Source of the DNA: a virus
Lineage: Duplodnaviria > Caudoviricetes
Virus record (IMG/VR): IMGVR_UViG_3300029309_000171
Location: 1-32,967 of that record
Direction: 5' to 3' (one strand)
DNA length: 32,967 nucleotides
The position numbers and the translations under genes are program-made. Positions 6,371-15,874 of this stretch are shown piece by piece. Below the pieces are notes generated by a model. That model saw nothing but the letters and a program-made list of their open reading frames with translations, had not been told where the DNA came from and did not search any database. How positions within the stretch are numbered: position 1 is the first letter of the stretch; every line of letters starts with the position of its first letter.

Positions 6371-7981
6371 ATGGCTACATTAACAGGCACTAAAATAAAA
6401 GACACTTTTAAATCTTTAGTAAAGGTTACAGATAATTTAGAGGCTGGAACTTCTGGAAAACAACTCTCTGACGGTAATGGAAATAATTTAGGGCTTTTTG
6501 TTGATACAGATGGCGTTTTTGGAATTGGTGCGGCTGCAAATATATCTTTAGACGTAAGCTCAAAAACTGATGCTATTGGTCTACCAGTTGGAACAGATGC
6601 CAATAGACCAACAGGAGGAGCTGGACAAATTAGATATAATACAACTGACGGAAAATTGGAATATTATGACTCTCAATGGAGGCATGTTGCCTCTGAGAGC
6701 TATGTCAATACAGAAATTACAAATTTAATAGATTCGGCTCCATCAACTCTTGATACATTAAACGAATTAGCCGCAGCTTTGAATGATGATGCTAATTTTG
6801 CAACGACTGTAACAAATTTAATTAATGGCAAACTAGACATTGTTACAATAACAGTCACTGTTGTATCTACTGCAGGAGGTAATAAATATGTTATAGACGG
6901 AACACAACAGCAAACAGTGACATTAAGTGCTGGTATCAAATACAGATTTGACCAGTCAGATAATTCAAACGCTGGAGGTGGTGGTCATGGATTGAGATTC
7001 TCAACAACCTCAGATGGAACACATAACTCTGGCTCTGCATATACAACAGGCGTTACAGTTGTTGGAACAGCTGGGAGTGCTGGTTCTTACACTGAAATAA
7101 TAACTGAACAAGACACTCCAAAACTATATTATTATTGTGTAAATCATGGCGGAATGGGTGGAGCTTTGTCTCATTTATCTGACAAACAAGACACAATCAC
7201 AGGAGCTGCAACGACAATAACCAGCTCAGATTTAACAGCTGACAGAGCTTTACTGTCTAATGGCTCTGGTAAGGTTGCTGTTTCAGATATTACTGCAACA
7301 GAATTGGGACACTTAGATGGAGTAACATCTAACATCCAGACACAAATAAATGGTATTGGTGGCTCTCAAGATGTATTTAAAACGATTGCAGTTGCTGGAC
7401 AAAGTAGCGTTGTTGCAGACCAAACAACAGACACTTTAACACTAGCTGGTGCATCTGGTATAACGATAACGACAAACGATTCAACAGATACAATAACTTT
7501 TACTGGCTCTGGTTCTGGTAGTGGTGGAGCTTTGACCGTAGTTACAGAACAAGCAAACGGAGATGGAACAGTTGGTCCATTTACTTTGTCAAATACCATA
7601 GCAAGTAAAAACAATGTTCAAGTTTATGTTGATGGTGTATATCAAACTAAAGATAAATATTCAACAAGTGGAAGTGATTTAACTTTTGGCAGTGGTAATG
7701 CACCTTTGACTGGTACTAATAACATTGAGTTTGTGCATTATGTCGCATTAAGTGGAACACCAGCAATAGATGTAGATGTATTTAATGGAGATGGTACAAC
7801 TGGACCATTTACATTAACAACTGAACCAGCAACAAAAAATAATCTCCAAATTTTCATAGACGGAGTATATCAAAATAAAAGTAATTTTTCTACCTCTGGA
7901 AATTCGCTTACTTTTGCGACTGGAAGTGAACCACAAACAGGGACTGGAAACATAGAAGTAACACATATAAAAATTTCGTAA
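6371..7981 (+). CDS. Mosaic fibre protein with a cupredoxin-like domain
   Basis: LPVGT.ANRP..GQIRYNT, APSTLDTLNELAAAL.DD.NF, H206/C256/H259/M262 and two C-terminal GDGT..FTL...V..DGVYQ repeats. Confidence 0.85.
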   Translation: MATLTGTKIKDTFKSLVKVTDNLEAGTSGKQLSDGNGNNLGLFVDTDGVFGIGAAANISLDVSSKTDAIGLPVGTDANRPTGGAGQIRYNTTDGKLEYYDSQWRHVASESYVNTEITNLIDSAPSTLDTLNELAAALNDDANFATTVTNLINGKLDIVTITVTVVSTAGGNKYVIDGTQQQTVTLSAGIKYRFDQSDNSNAGGGGHGLRFSTTSDGTHNSGSAYTTGVTVVGTAGSAGSYTEIITEQDTPKLYYYCVNHGGMGGALSHLSDKQDTITGAATTITSSDLTADRALLSNGSGKVAVSDITATELGHLDGVTSNIQTQINGIGGSQDVFKTIAVAGQSSVVADQTTDTLTLAGASGITITTNDSTDTITFTGSGSGSGGALTVVTEQANGDGTVGPFTLSNTIASKNNVQVYVDGVYQTKDKYSTSGSDLTFGSGNAPLTGTNNIEFVHYVALSGTPAIDVDVFNGDGTTGPFTLTTEPATKNNLQIFIDGVYQNKSNFSTSGNSLTFATGSEPQTGTGNIEVTHIKIS

Positions 7982-8000
7982 ATTTGATTAAATTATAAAA

Positions 8001-8375
8001 ATGGCATTAACAAAAGTAACACATGACGTACTAGAAGACAGATACACAGCTATAAATGCAATAGGCACAACTTCTGGTGCTTTTAATATTGATTTTTCAG
8101 CTGGTGCTATACATACTGTCACCTTAGGTGGAAATCATACAGGAACATTTAGAAACTTTAAAGTGGGTCAAGTAATCGACATTATAATTAGCGGTGATTA
8201 TACTTTGACAATGAGTGCAACTGCATCTGGAACACCATCAATAAAAAAAATAGGCTCAACTTCTTATTCTGGTTCAAGTGACAATGTAATCCAAGTTGTT
8301 TGCACAAATGCAAGTAGCTCAACACCACAATTTTTATTCAGTGTTAACACATTTGCTGATGCTACAAATCCATAA
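8001..8375 (+). CDS. Fibre-associated beta-sandwich protein
   Basis: MALTKVT start; IDFSAG...VTL.GN...TF.N...GQ pattern seen in fibre tip domains. Confidence 0.65.
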   Translation: MALTKVTHDVLEDRYTAINAIGTTSGAFNIDFSAGAIHTVTLGGNHTGTFRNFKVGQVIDIIISGDYTLTMSATASGTPSIKKIGSTSYSGSSDNVIQVVCTNASSSTPQFLFSVNTFADATNP

Positions 8376-8380
8376 TATCT

Positions 8381-8866
8381 ATGAAAGCAAGAATCGAAAA
8401 AGGTAAAATAATTAAATATGCAAAACTTCCAGACTCATTGCAATTTGGTGGTAAATGTTATGAAAATTTTTCTAAGGCTAGTTCGGACGTTGTTAAGGAA
8501 TGCGGTTTTTATGATGTTGTTATTCCAGAACATGACAATAAAAAACAATATCTATGTAATTTACATTTTGTAGATAACACAGCTGCTGGTAAAACTTACT
8601 TTACCTATGATGTTAAAGAAAAAACATTTACCAAAACATTAGCTGAATTAAAAACAGATAAAATAGAAGAATTAAAAAACGCAGCATTTAATAAGTTGGT
8701 AAGTACTGACTGGTATGTGATAAGAAAAGCAGAAACTGGACAAGCTATACCAGATGCTATAGAAACACAAAGAGACAATCTAAGAATTACAGTTGCTGCT
8801 AAAGAAAGTGAAATCAATGCAATAAGTAAAAAAATAGATGTTTTTAACTACGAGATTAATTTGTAA
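8381..8866 (+). CDS. Tail fibre assembly/chaperone-like protein
   Basis: L..TDWYVIRKAETG.AIP......RD.LR motif. Confidence 0.7.
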   Translation: MKARIEKGKIIKYAKLPDSLQFGGKCYENFSKASSDVVKECGFYDVVIPEHDNKKQYLCNLHFVDNTAAGKTYFTYDVKEKTFTKTLAELKTDKIEELKNAAFNKLVSTDWYVIRKAETGQAIPDAIETQRDNLRITVAAKESEINAISKKIDVFNYEINL

Positions 8867-11800
8867 TGTCATTAGGAAAAAAGTTATTTCATCAAAACCC
8901 AGCAGACTCATCTGGTAGTGGTGCAGCATCAGCTCAACAAGGTTTAGTTTTACATTTAGATGCTAATGATGAGGATAGCATAGAAAGTGGTGGTGGTAAT
9001 CAAGGTAATGGTAGCGGAACATGGTTTGATATTTCTAGATATAATTTAAATGTGCCTTTAGTAGATAAGTCAAGCAATTTACAATTACATCTTAATGCAA
9101 GTGATACAACTTCTTATAGTGGTATTGGAGATGATTGGACAGATATAAGTCAAAATTCAAACACAGCCACAAAAGTAAATGGTCCAACTTATGGCTCTGA
9201 TTTAAGAGGTTATTTTGACATGGATGGTTCTGACGATATATTCGAAATTGACTATAATGCTAGTTTGTACATGACATCCAACACTGGCTTCACAATAGAG
9301 GCATGGGTTAACAGAGATAGTGATGCCGAAGGATATATTATAGCAAGTAGAGATAATTCTAACTATCCTTATGCTTTACAGTGGAATAGTTCTTCTCATG
9401 GTTATTATGGATGGATTAGTGGAAGTACTGCAACATCTTCTGCAAATGTTGGATTAAGTGAAAATTCAACTAATGGTATAGGAAACTGGGACCATGTTGT
9501 AATGACTCATTCAAGTAGTGATAGAAAAAACAGATTATATGTAAACGGTACATTAACAGCTACTTCATCAACAGTAACTGGAGTGCATTCTACATCTAGT
9601 AATGTCTATATTGGTGCTTATTGGCAAGGAGCTGTTAAATTTGATGGCAAAATTGGTGTAGTTAGGATTTATAATACAGAGCTAACTGCTTCAGAAGTAG
9701 GACAAAACTTTAGAGCTGGTAATTTTATCAGTTATACTTCTATAATTACTTCTAAGGATTCAGCAACTCAAGGGAATTTAATAACAGCTCCTCCAACTCA
9801 AGGGACTATACATTCTACAAATTTAGCTCTTAGTTTAGATGCAAATGGATATACAAGTGGAGCTTGGTATAATACTGCTAATAGCAGCTATAATGGTACA
9901 ATAAACGGTGCTACCTATGTCAACAATGATAATTCTGATTATTTTGATTTAGATGGTAGTGATGATTTTATTGAAGTTAACACTTATGCTGGAGTAGACA
10001 TAGGTAGCGGTGGGCTAACTGTTGAGGTATGGGCTTTATGTGAAGGTACATCTGGCACTGATACAATCGTATCTAACATAGGTAGTGACTTATATGGCTA
10101 TCAGCTAGTAAACAATGGAACAAATGTTATTTTATATATTTATGAAAACACAAATGTTATAGTAAATGAGACAGCCTCATCTAGTATTGTTGTAGGTACT
10201 TGGAATCATTATGTTTTTACTGTAGCATCCAACTCAAATGGTGCAGAAGTAAAAGTATATATTAATGGTAAAGAAAAAATAGACAGTACATTAAACAGTG
10301 CTTACAGTGGTTCTAGCACTAATTTTAATATTGGTAAATATCCTTATGCTGCTTCAAATAGATATTTTGAAGGTAAAATAGGACAAGTCCGAACATATAC
10401 ATCAGCTCTTACACAAAGTCAAGTAAACACAAACTATAATGCAACTAAAGACTTATATCAAGGGGTAACAAGTTTACAGTTAAGTTTAGATGCAAATGGA
10501 TATACATCTGGAAATTGGTCCGATACTTCTGGAAATAGTAGACATGCTGTTATTTCTGGAAATACAGCTCATACTAATGATAATAACTCTGATTATTTTA
10601 CTTTAGATGGCACAGGTGATTATTTTACAGTAGCCCATAATAATATATTTAATTTAGAGGTAGATAATACAATAGAAATGTGGATATGGAGGTCCTCAAC
10701 TACAAATGAGCAAACTCTTATGCATAAAGGAGAAAGTTGGTCGAGCGGTAATGCTTGGTTTTTAAATTGGACTAGCTCACTTAATGCAGGATATTATTTT
10801 TATGATTATGATACAGCGTCTGAGACAAAATCTGGTTTAGCTGCAACTCCTTTAAATGAATGGCATCATCTTGTCTTGTCATGGAATGCTGGAACTAGAA
10901 AAGCTAAAATGTATATAAATGGTGTTGAACCATCTTATCAGACAGCACCCACAGATGGGGGTGGTAGTTTAGGTGCAACAAATACGGATGCTTTAGAAAT
11001 AGGTAAAGAAGGTGTAACTGGAACAGGTCATCCAGCTTGGAATGGTAGAATAGCTCAAGTGAGATGGTATAAAGGTGCTATGACAGAATTACAAGCAAAT
11101 ACTAATTATGATGCCACTAAAGCATTGTATCAAAACCCTACTATCCATATGAATCTATTAGGGTCAGCTTATACAAGTGGCTCAACTTGGACTGATTCAA
11201 GTGGCAATGGTAATGATGGTGAAATAACAAATGGCACCGCTCTTTTTGACAAAGAACTTGGCAACTATTTAAATTTTGATGGTAGCCCAAGATTGACAGT
11301 CAGTTCTTTTTCGGAATTACAAACTGCTACAGCTTTTACTATTGAATTTTGGTTAAGGTCATCTACTGCAACCTCTGATGGGATGATTTGGAATGTATAT
11401 GATAGCTCATCTTCTACAAGAAAATTTAGTTTAAGTTGGAATAGTAATAAACTTAGATGGGTAGTATATAGTGCTACAGGAGGATATAACGCCTCACAAG
11501 ATTTATTTAGTTCAAATACCTTTTCTACTAATACTTGGTTACATATAACAGCAACATATAACTTTGACAATGAAATGAAAATATATGTAGACGGTGTGCT
11601 AGAGGGTGAAGAATCAAGTCCAAATCTTGGTGTAAATACTACTACAACTACACAAATGAGATGGAGTGACAGAAGTGATGGCTATTCAGTAGATACTCAA
11701 ATCGGAGAGGCAAGATTTTATAGTGCAGCTCTCACATCAGCCCAAGTAGCACAAAACTACTTGGCTACAAAAAAATATTATCCTAACGAAAATCATGCTA

Positions 11801-12339
11801 CTAATAATGGAGCAAATTTTTATGGTTCTTCAACTCCATATTATTTTGATTTTATTTCAAATGACTATTTTAGAACATCTAGCATTCCGATAACTTGGAC
11901 TAGTGGCTTCGCCTATGAAATTTATTTTAAAGCCGATACAAATACACAAAGTTATCCAATAAGTACAAGTGGGTCAACAAATCCAGCTTTAAGTTGGAGA
12001 AATATGTCTGGATGGAAAATTGTTGCTTTTCATTATAAAACAAATGGTACTCCTGATTATTTGCAGTCTGATGCAAATGCCACTGGTCAATGGTATCATA
12101 TAGTTTACACAGCAAATGATAGTGGTGGTCAAATTTATACAAATGGTTCTTTGTCTGATTCCACTACCAATAGCGTTAAAACTGGTAATTACAATGATTA
12201 CTTTGATATAGGTCGATTGGGCGGTGGTAATTATTTAGATGGTAAAATAGGTATGATTAAAATTCATGCAAAACATTTGACATCAACTGAAGTAAGTGCT
12301 AATTATGATGCAACCAAGTCTACTTATGGTCTATCATAA
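8866..12339 (+). CDS. Multi-LamG (concanavalin A-like) adhesin / receptor-binding protein
   Basis: Five repeats carrying [FL]T.E.W, W.H.V.T, .Y.NG and F.G.IG.VR.Y...LT..EV..NY motifs. Confidence 0.9.
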   Translation: MSLGKKLFHQNPADSSGSGAASAQQGLVLHLDANDEDSIESGGGNQGNGSGTWFDISRYNLNVPLVDKSSNLQLHLNASDTTSYSGIGDDWTDISQNSNTATKVNGPTYGSDLRGYFDMDGSDDIFEIDYNASLYMTSNTGFTIEAWVNRDSDAEGYIIASRDNSNYPYALQWNSSSHGYYGWISGSTATSSANVGLSENSTNGIGNWDHVVMTHSSSDRKNRLYVNGTLTATSSTVTGVHSTSSNVYIGAYWQGAVKFDGKIGVVRIYNTELTASEVGQNFRAGNFISYTSIITSKDSATQGNLITAPPTQGTIHSTNLALSLDANGYTSGAWYNTANSSYNGTINGATYVNNDNSDYFDLDGSDDFIEVNTYAGVDIGSGGLTVEVWALCEGTSGTDTIVSNIGSDLYGYQLVNNGTNVILYIYENTNVIVNETASSSIVVGTWNHYVFTVASNSNGAEVKVYINGKEKIDSTLNSAYSGSSTNFNIGKYPYAASNRYFEGKIGQVRTYTSALTQSQVNTNYNATKDLYQGVTSLQLSLDANGYTSGNWSDTSGNSRHAVISGNTAHTNDNNSDYFTLDGTGDYFTVAHNNIFNLEVDNTIEMWIWRSSTTNEQTLMHKGESWSSGNAWFLNWTSSLNAGYYFYDYDTASETKSGLAATPLNEWHHLVLSWNAGTRKAKMYINGVEPSYQTAPTDGGGSLGATNTDALEIGKEGVTGTGHPAWNGRIAQVRWYKGAMTELQANTNYDATKALYQNPTIHMNLLGSAYTSGSTWTDSSGNGNDGEITNGTALFDKELGNYLNFDGSPRLTVSSFSELQTATAFTIEFWLRSSTATSDGMIWNVYDSSSSTRKFSLSWNSNKLRWVVYSATGGYNASQDLFSSNTFSTNTWLHITATYNFDNEMKIYVDGVLEGEESSPNLGVNTTTTTQMRWSDRSDGYSVDTQIGEARFYSAALTSAQVAQNYLATKKYYPNENHATNNGANFYGSSTPYYFDFISNDYFRTSSIPITWTSGFAYEIYFKADTNTQSYPISTSGSTNPALSWRNMSGWKIVAFHYKTNGTPDYLQSDANATGQWYHIVYTANDSGGQIYTNGSLSDSTTNSVKTGNYNDYFDIGRLGGGNYLDGKIGMIKIHAKHLTSTEVSANYDATKSTYGLS

Positions 12340-12394
12340 ATAAAAAATAAAATACTTATATTTGTAATTAATATTAACTAAAAAAATAAACTAA

Positions 12395-12802
12395 ATGCCG
12401 ACAACTGGAATTTTTAATGGGACCAATCTAATTTTAAAGGTAGAAGGTGCAACTTTAGGACACACAACTAGCTGTTCTTTAAATTTGTCTAACGACTTAC
12501 CAGAGTCAACTAGCAAGGACTCCTCTGGATTTCAAGAGGTGATTGCTGGTGCTATGAGTGGAGAAATTAGTTTTGATGGGTTTGTTAAATATGATGATAG
12601 CTCTAACGCAATAGAAATGGCTGATTTCTTATTAGCCAGAACTCAAATAACTTGTGTTTTTGGTACAGCTGCAACTGGTGATGAAATTTATACTGCCGAA
12701 GGTTTTTTAAGTAGTGTTGAAATGTCAGCTGAGGCTGAGGCTCCAGTTACTTACAGCGGTTCAATTACATTGACAGGAGCAATCACAAAATCAACAAACT
12801 AA
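12395..12802 (+). CDS. Major tail (tube) protein, TP901-1-like family
   Basis: NGT.L.L...TSCSL...ESTSKDS.GF.E.I.G...Y..EGF..S.E......VTYS.S..LTG. Confidence 0.88.
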   Translation: MPTTGIFNGTNLILKVEGATLGHTTSCSLNLSNDLPESTSKDSSGFQEVIAGAMSGEISFDGFVKYDDSSNAIEMADFLLARTQITCVFGTAATGDEIYTAEGFLSSVEMSAEAEAPVTYSGSITLTGAITKSTN

Positions 12803-12824
12803 CATATAACTGATTTTAACTTTT

Positions 12825-13220
12825 ATGGCAAACAAAAAAAGGGGATATTATACTCTCAATCTGGGAGGCAAACAAAGAGTCATGCATTTTAGCATGAATT
12901 TCTGGGCAAACTTCACAGATATGTTAGGAATATCGTTGGATAAAATTGGAGATATATTTGCTGGAGGAGTTTCAATTACTTCATTAAGAGCTTTAGTTTA
13001 TTCTGGTTTATTAGCCTACGACCAAGAGGAAGGAAATGAGATTGACTACAATGAGTTTAAAGTTGGAGCTTGGTTAGAGGATGTAGATGAAAAAATGTTA
13101 AAAGAGATGATTGACTCCATGATGGAATCTAAAATCTTAGGTAATCAACTCAACATGGGTATTGACCGAAACCCCAAAACAAAAAAAAAGACCAGTCCAA
13201 ATCCGAACCTAAGGAATTAA
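12825..13220 (+). CDS. Tail assembly chaperone (lambda gpG analogue)
   Basis: Lies between the tube and tape-measure genes; slippery site near its 3' end. Confidence 0.85.
   Translation: MANKKRGYYTLNLGGKQRVMHFSMNFWANFTDMLGISLDKIGDIFAGGVSITSLRALVYSGLLAYDQEEGNEIDYNEFKVGAWLEDVDEKMLKEMIDSMMESKILGNQLNMGIDRNPKTKKKTSPNPNLRN
13184..13190 (+). other. Programmed -1 ribosomal frameshift site A_AAA_AAG
   Basis: In-frame ACA AAA AAA AAG; the -1 frame is open from 13166 to 13537. Confidence 0.85.
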
Positions 13221-13537
13221 CTTGGGATACTTTACTCGATTATTATATTGGACAAATAGGAATTAATCCAAATGATTTTTGGTCCAATACATGGATTGAA
13301 AACCAGCTTTTAGGTGAGGCGAATAATATTCAAATGAATTTATTGTGGGAGCAAACTCGTTATTTATCAGCAATGATTTATAATGTAAATTGCACTAAAA
13401 GAAGTCAGATGATGAAACCAACTAATTTATTCCCTTTGCCTCAAGATAAAATGATAAAAACTGGAGCTGTTAAATCTACTCCAAAACAGTTTAATGAATT
13501 TTTAGAGAAAGCAAGGTCTAAAGGGATTGACGTTTAA
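13190..13537 (+). CDS. Frameshifted C-terminal part of the tail chaperone (gpT analogue; fusion about 237 aa)
   Basis: -1 frame reads DQSKSEPKELTWDTLLDYYIGQIGINPNDFWSNTWIE...WEQTRY...LFPLP; includes the track ORF 13334..13537. Confidence 0.8.
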   Translation, partial: DQSKSEPKELTWDTLLDYYIGQIGINPNDFWSNTWIENQLLGEANNIQMNLLWEQTRYLSAMIYNVNCTKRSQMMKPTNLFPLPQDKMIKTGAVKSTPKQFNEFLEKARSKGIDV

Positions 13538-13562
13538 GTTTAAATTTTAGTATTTTTGTAAA

Positions 13563-15869
13563 ATGGCAGACCAAAAATTAAGAGTAGATTTATTATTAAA
13601 TTCAAAAGGATTTAGCAAAGGTTTAAACACAGCTTCTGGAAGGCTTAGAGCTTTTGGCTCTAAAATCTCATCAGTAGGTAAATCATTATCACTTAGAATA
13701 ACAGCTCCAATGGTCTTGGCTGGTGGTCAAGCAATTAGAATGGCAGCTAAGTTTGACAAGTCAATGACTCAAATTAAAACTCTTGTAGGGGTTGCTGGTT
13801 CTGAGGTCGACTCAATGGGTCAAAAAGTAAAACAATTAGCATCAACAACTGGCGTAAATGCAGCAGAGGCGGCTGAGGCTTTATTTTTTGTAACATCAGC
13901 TGGTCTAAGAGGTTCTGAGGCTATGGATGTCTTAGAGCAATCTTTAAAGGCTTCAGCTCTAGGATTAGGAGAAACAAAAACAGTTGCTGATTTAGCAACC
14001 TCAGCAATGAATGCTTATGGGTCCGACACCTTAGGAGCCTCTGATGCAACTGATGTCTTGGTTTCAGCAGTAAGAGAAGGTAAACTCCAAGCTGACGAAC
14101 TTTCTTCAGTTATGGGTGCGGTCCTACCGATTGCCTCTAATATGGGAGTTAAATTTCATGAAGTTGGAGGAGCTTTTGCAGCTATGTCTAGAACAGGAAC
14201 ACCAGCAGCTCAAGCAGCAACTCAATTAAATGCCATACTAATGGCAATAATGAAACCGTCTGAGGATGCCAAAAAGGCTATGGATGAGTTAAGTCTGTCT
14301 CAAGAGGGTCTTAGAAAACAAATTAAAGAAGAGGGATTGTTAAGCGTTTTTGAAACATTAAGACAAAAATCAGACGAAAATTCTGGAGCTTTTGAAAGGG
14401 TCTTTGGTAACGTCAGAGCCTTAAAAGGTATTTTAGATTTAACTGGTGCAAGTGCTGATGCTACTAGACAAATAATGGAAAGGATGGCTAATGCAACTGG
14501 CATTACATCTGATGCATATAAAGAGCTTACAAAAAGCTCATCTTTTCAATTAAACAAAGCACTTAATGAATTAGGAATTTTATTTACAGAGGTCGGAGCT
14601 GTTTTGCTGACAACTTTATTGCCAGTGTTTAGAGATATAGGAAATTTTGTAAAAGATATGACAACAAAATTTAACAGTTTATCTCCAGAGGTTAAAAAGT
14701 TTGGAGTAATCATTGCTGGATTAGCTACTATTTTACCGCCTTTTTTAATTGTTTTAGGTGGTATTGCAACAGCTTTTGGTTTTTTAATCTCACCAATTGG
14801 TTTGGCTGTTGGTGCCTTAGCTGGTTTTTTATTCTTTTTAGATGACATCGTAAACGGTTTTAATGACTTTATTGTTTCAATAAAAGCTGGATTTAAAGCC
14901 TTTATGTCTTTTGTAAATACTATTGTTGAGCTTATAACACTTCCTTTTAAAACAATTCGCAATTTATTTACTGAATTTACAGAAAAAGGCTTATCTGGTG
15001 ATTTTGGAAAGATTGTTGACGATATGTTTGCAGAGGGTGAAAAAATATCAAAAAAATCTGGTGAGGATACAGCACAAATTTATATTGATGCAGCTAAAGA
15101 GAAATTAGAAAATGATGTTGAAAATGTCCTTAGTGGCGTTTTAAAAAAGGGTTTTAATAAAGCAGTCGATTCATTTAGTTTTTTAGGAACTCCATCCTCT
15201 GGAACTGGTGGAGGTGGAGATAAAAAAACATCTGCAAAACGAACAATTGATTTTCCAGATTTTAAAACTAATATAGGAGCTGCAATGTTAGACTCTGGAA
15301 TAACTGGTGAGACTGTATTTAAACAATTAGAAAACACCGTTGAATTGTTTAATATAATGGATTCTCGCAGAGAAAAATTAAAAGAGCAAACATTGTTATA
15401 CAATAATTTAGGAGAATCTGTTGCTGGGGTATTAGAACAATCTTTTATGGCTATTGCCAATGGAGAAGATGGTTTTAGACCAATAATTAACGCTTTAAAA
15501 ACTTTAGCAATTCAGCTTTTAGCATCCGCAGCAGCAGCAGCTTTATTACAGGCATTGTTGCCCGGCGGTGGTAGTGGTAAGTCTTTAACCAAAGGTATGT
15601 CAGCAGTTAGTAAGGTTCAATCATTAATGAGTTTCCCATCTATGGCTAACGGAGGAATTGTTTCAGCACCAACATTGGCACTTGTTGGAGATAACACTGG
15701 AGCTGGTAGAGGTAATCCAGAGGTTATTGCACCATTAAATAAATTACAGGGAATGATAGATGCTAAAAGTAATCAGCATATTAATGTCGGAGGTGAGTTT
15801 AGAGTCGAGGGACAAGATTTAGTTTTAGCTTTACAAAGAGCTGACAGAGAACGAAACAGAATAAATTAA
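13563..15869 (+). CDS. Tail tape measure protein (TP901-family core)
   Basis: Ala-rich helical protein; F..SM..IK, AA.AL..V.SAGL, central hydrophobic stretch, MANGGIVS.PT.ALVG...NPEVIAPL. Confidence 0.93.
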   Translation: MADQKLRVDLLLNSKGFSKGLNTASGRLRAFGSKISSVGKSLSLRITAPMVLAGGQAIRMAAKFDKSMTQIKTLVGVAGSEVDSMGQKVKQLASTTGVNAAEAAEALFFVTSAGLRGSEAMDVLEQSLKASALGLGETKTVADLATSAMNAYGSDTLGASDATDVLVSAVREGKLQADELSSVMGAVLPIASNMGVKFHEVGGAFAAMSRTGTPAAQAATQLNAILMAIMKPSEDAKKAMDELSLSQEGLRKQIKEEGLLSVFETLRQKSDENSGAFERVFGNVRALKGILDLTGASADATRQIMERMANATGITSDAYKELTKSSSFQLNKALNELGILFTEVGAVLLTTLLPVFRDIGNFVKDMTTKFNSLSPEVKKFGVIIAGLATILPPFLIVLGGIATAFGFLISPIGLAVGALAGFLFFLDDIVNGFNDFIVSIKAGFKAFMSFVNTIVELITLPFKTIRNLFTEFTEKGLSGDFGKIVDDMFAEGEKISKKSGEDTAQIYIDAAKEKLENDVENVLSGVLKKGFNKAVDSFSFLGTPSSGTGGGGDKKTSAKRTIDFPDFKTNIGAAMLDSGITGETVFKQLENTVELFNIMDSRREKLKEQTLLYNNLGESVAGVLEQSFMAIANGEDGFRPIINALKTLAIQLLASAAAAALLQALLPGGGSGKSLTKGMSAVSKVQSLMSFPSMANGGIVSAPTLALVGDNTGAGRGNPEVIAPLNKLQGMIDAKSNQHINVGGEFRVEGQDLVLALQRADRERNRIN

Positions 15870-15874
15870 TCTTT

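Noticed and set aside
8866-12339. Diversity-generating retroelement acting on the adhesin
   Set aside because: No reverse transcriptase and no template/variable repeat pair with adenine-specific differences
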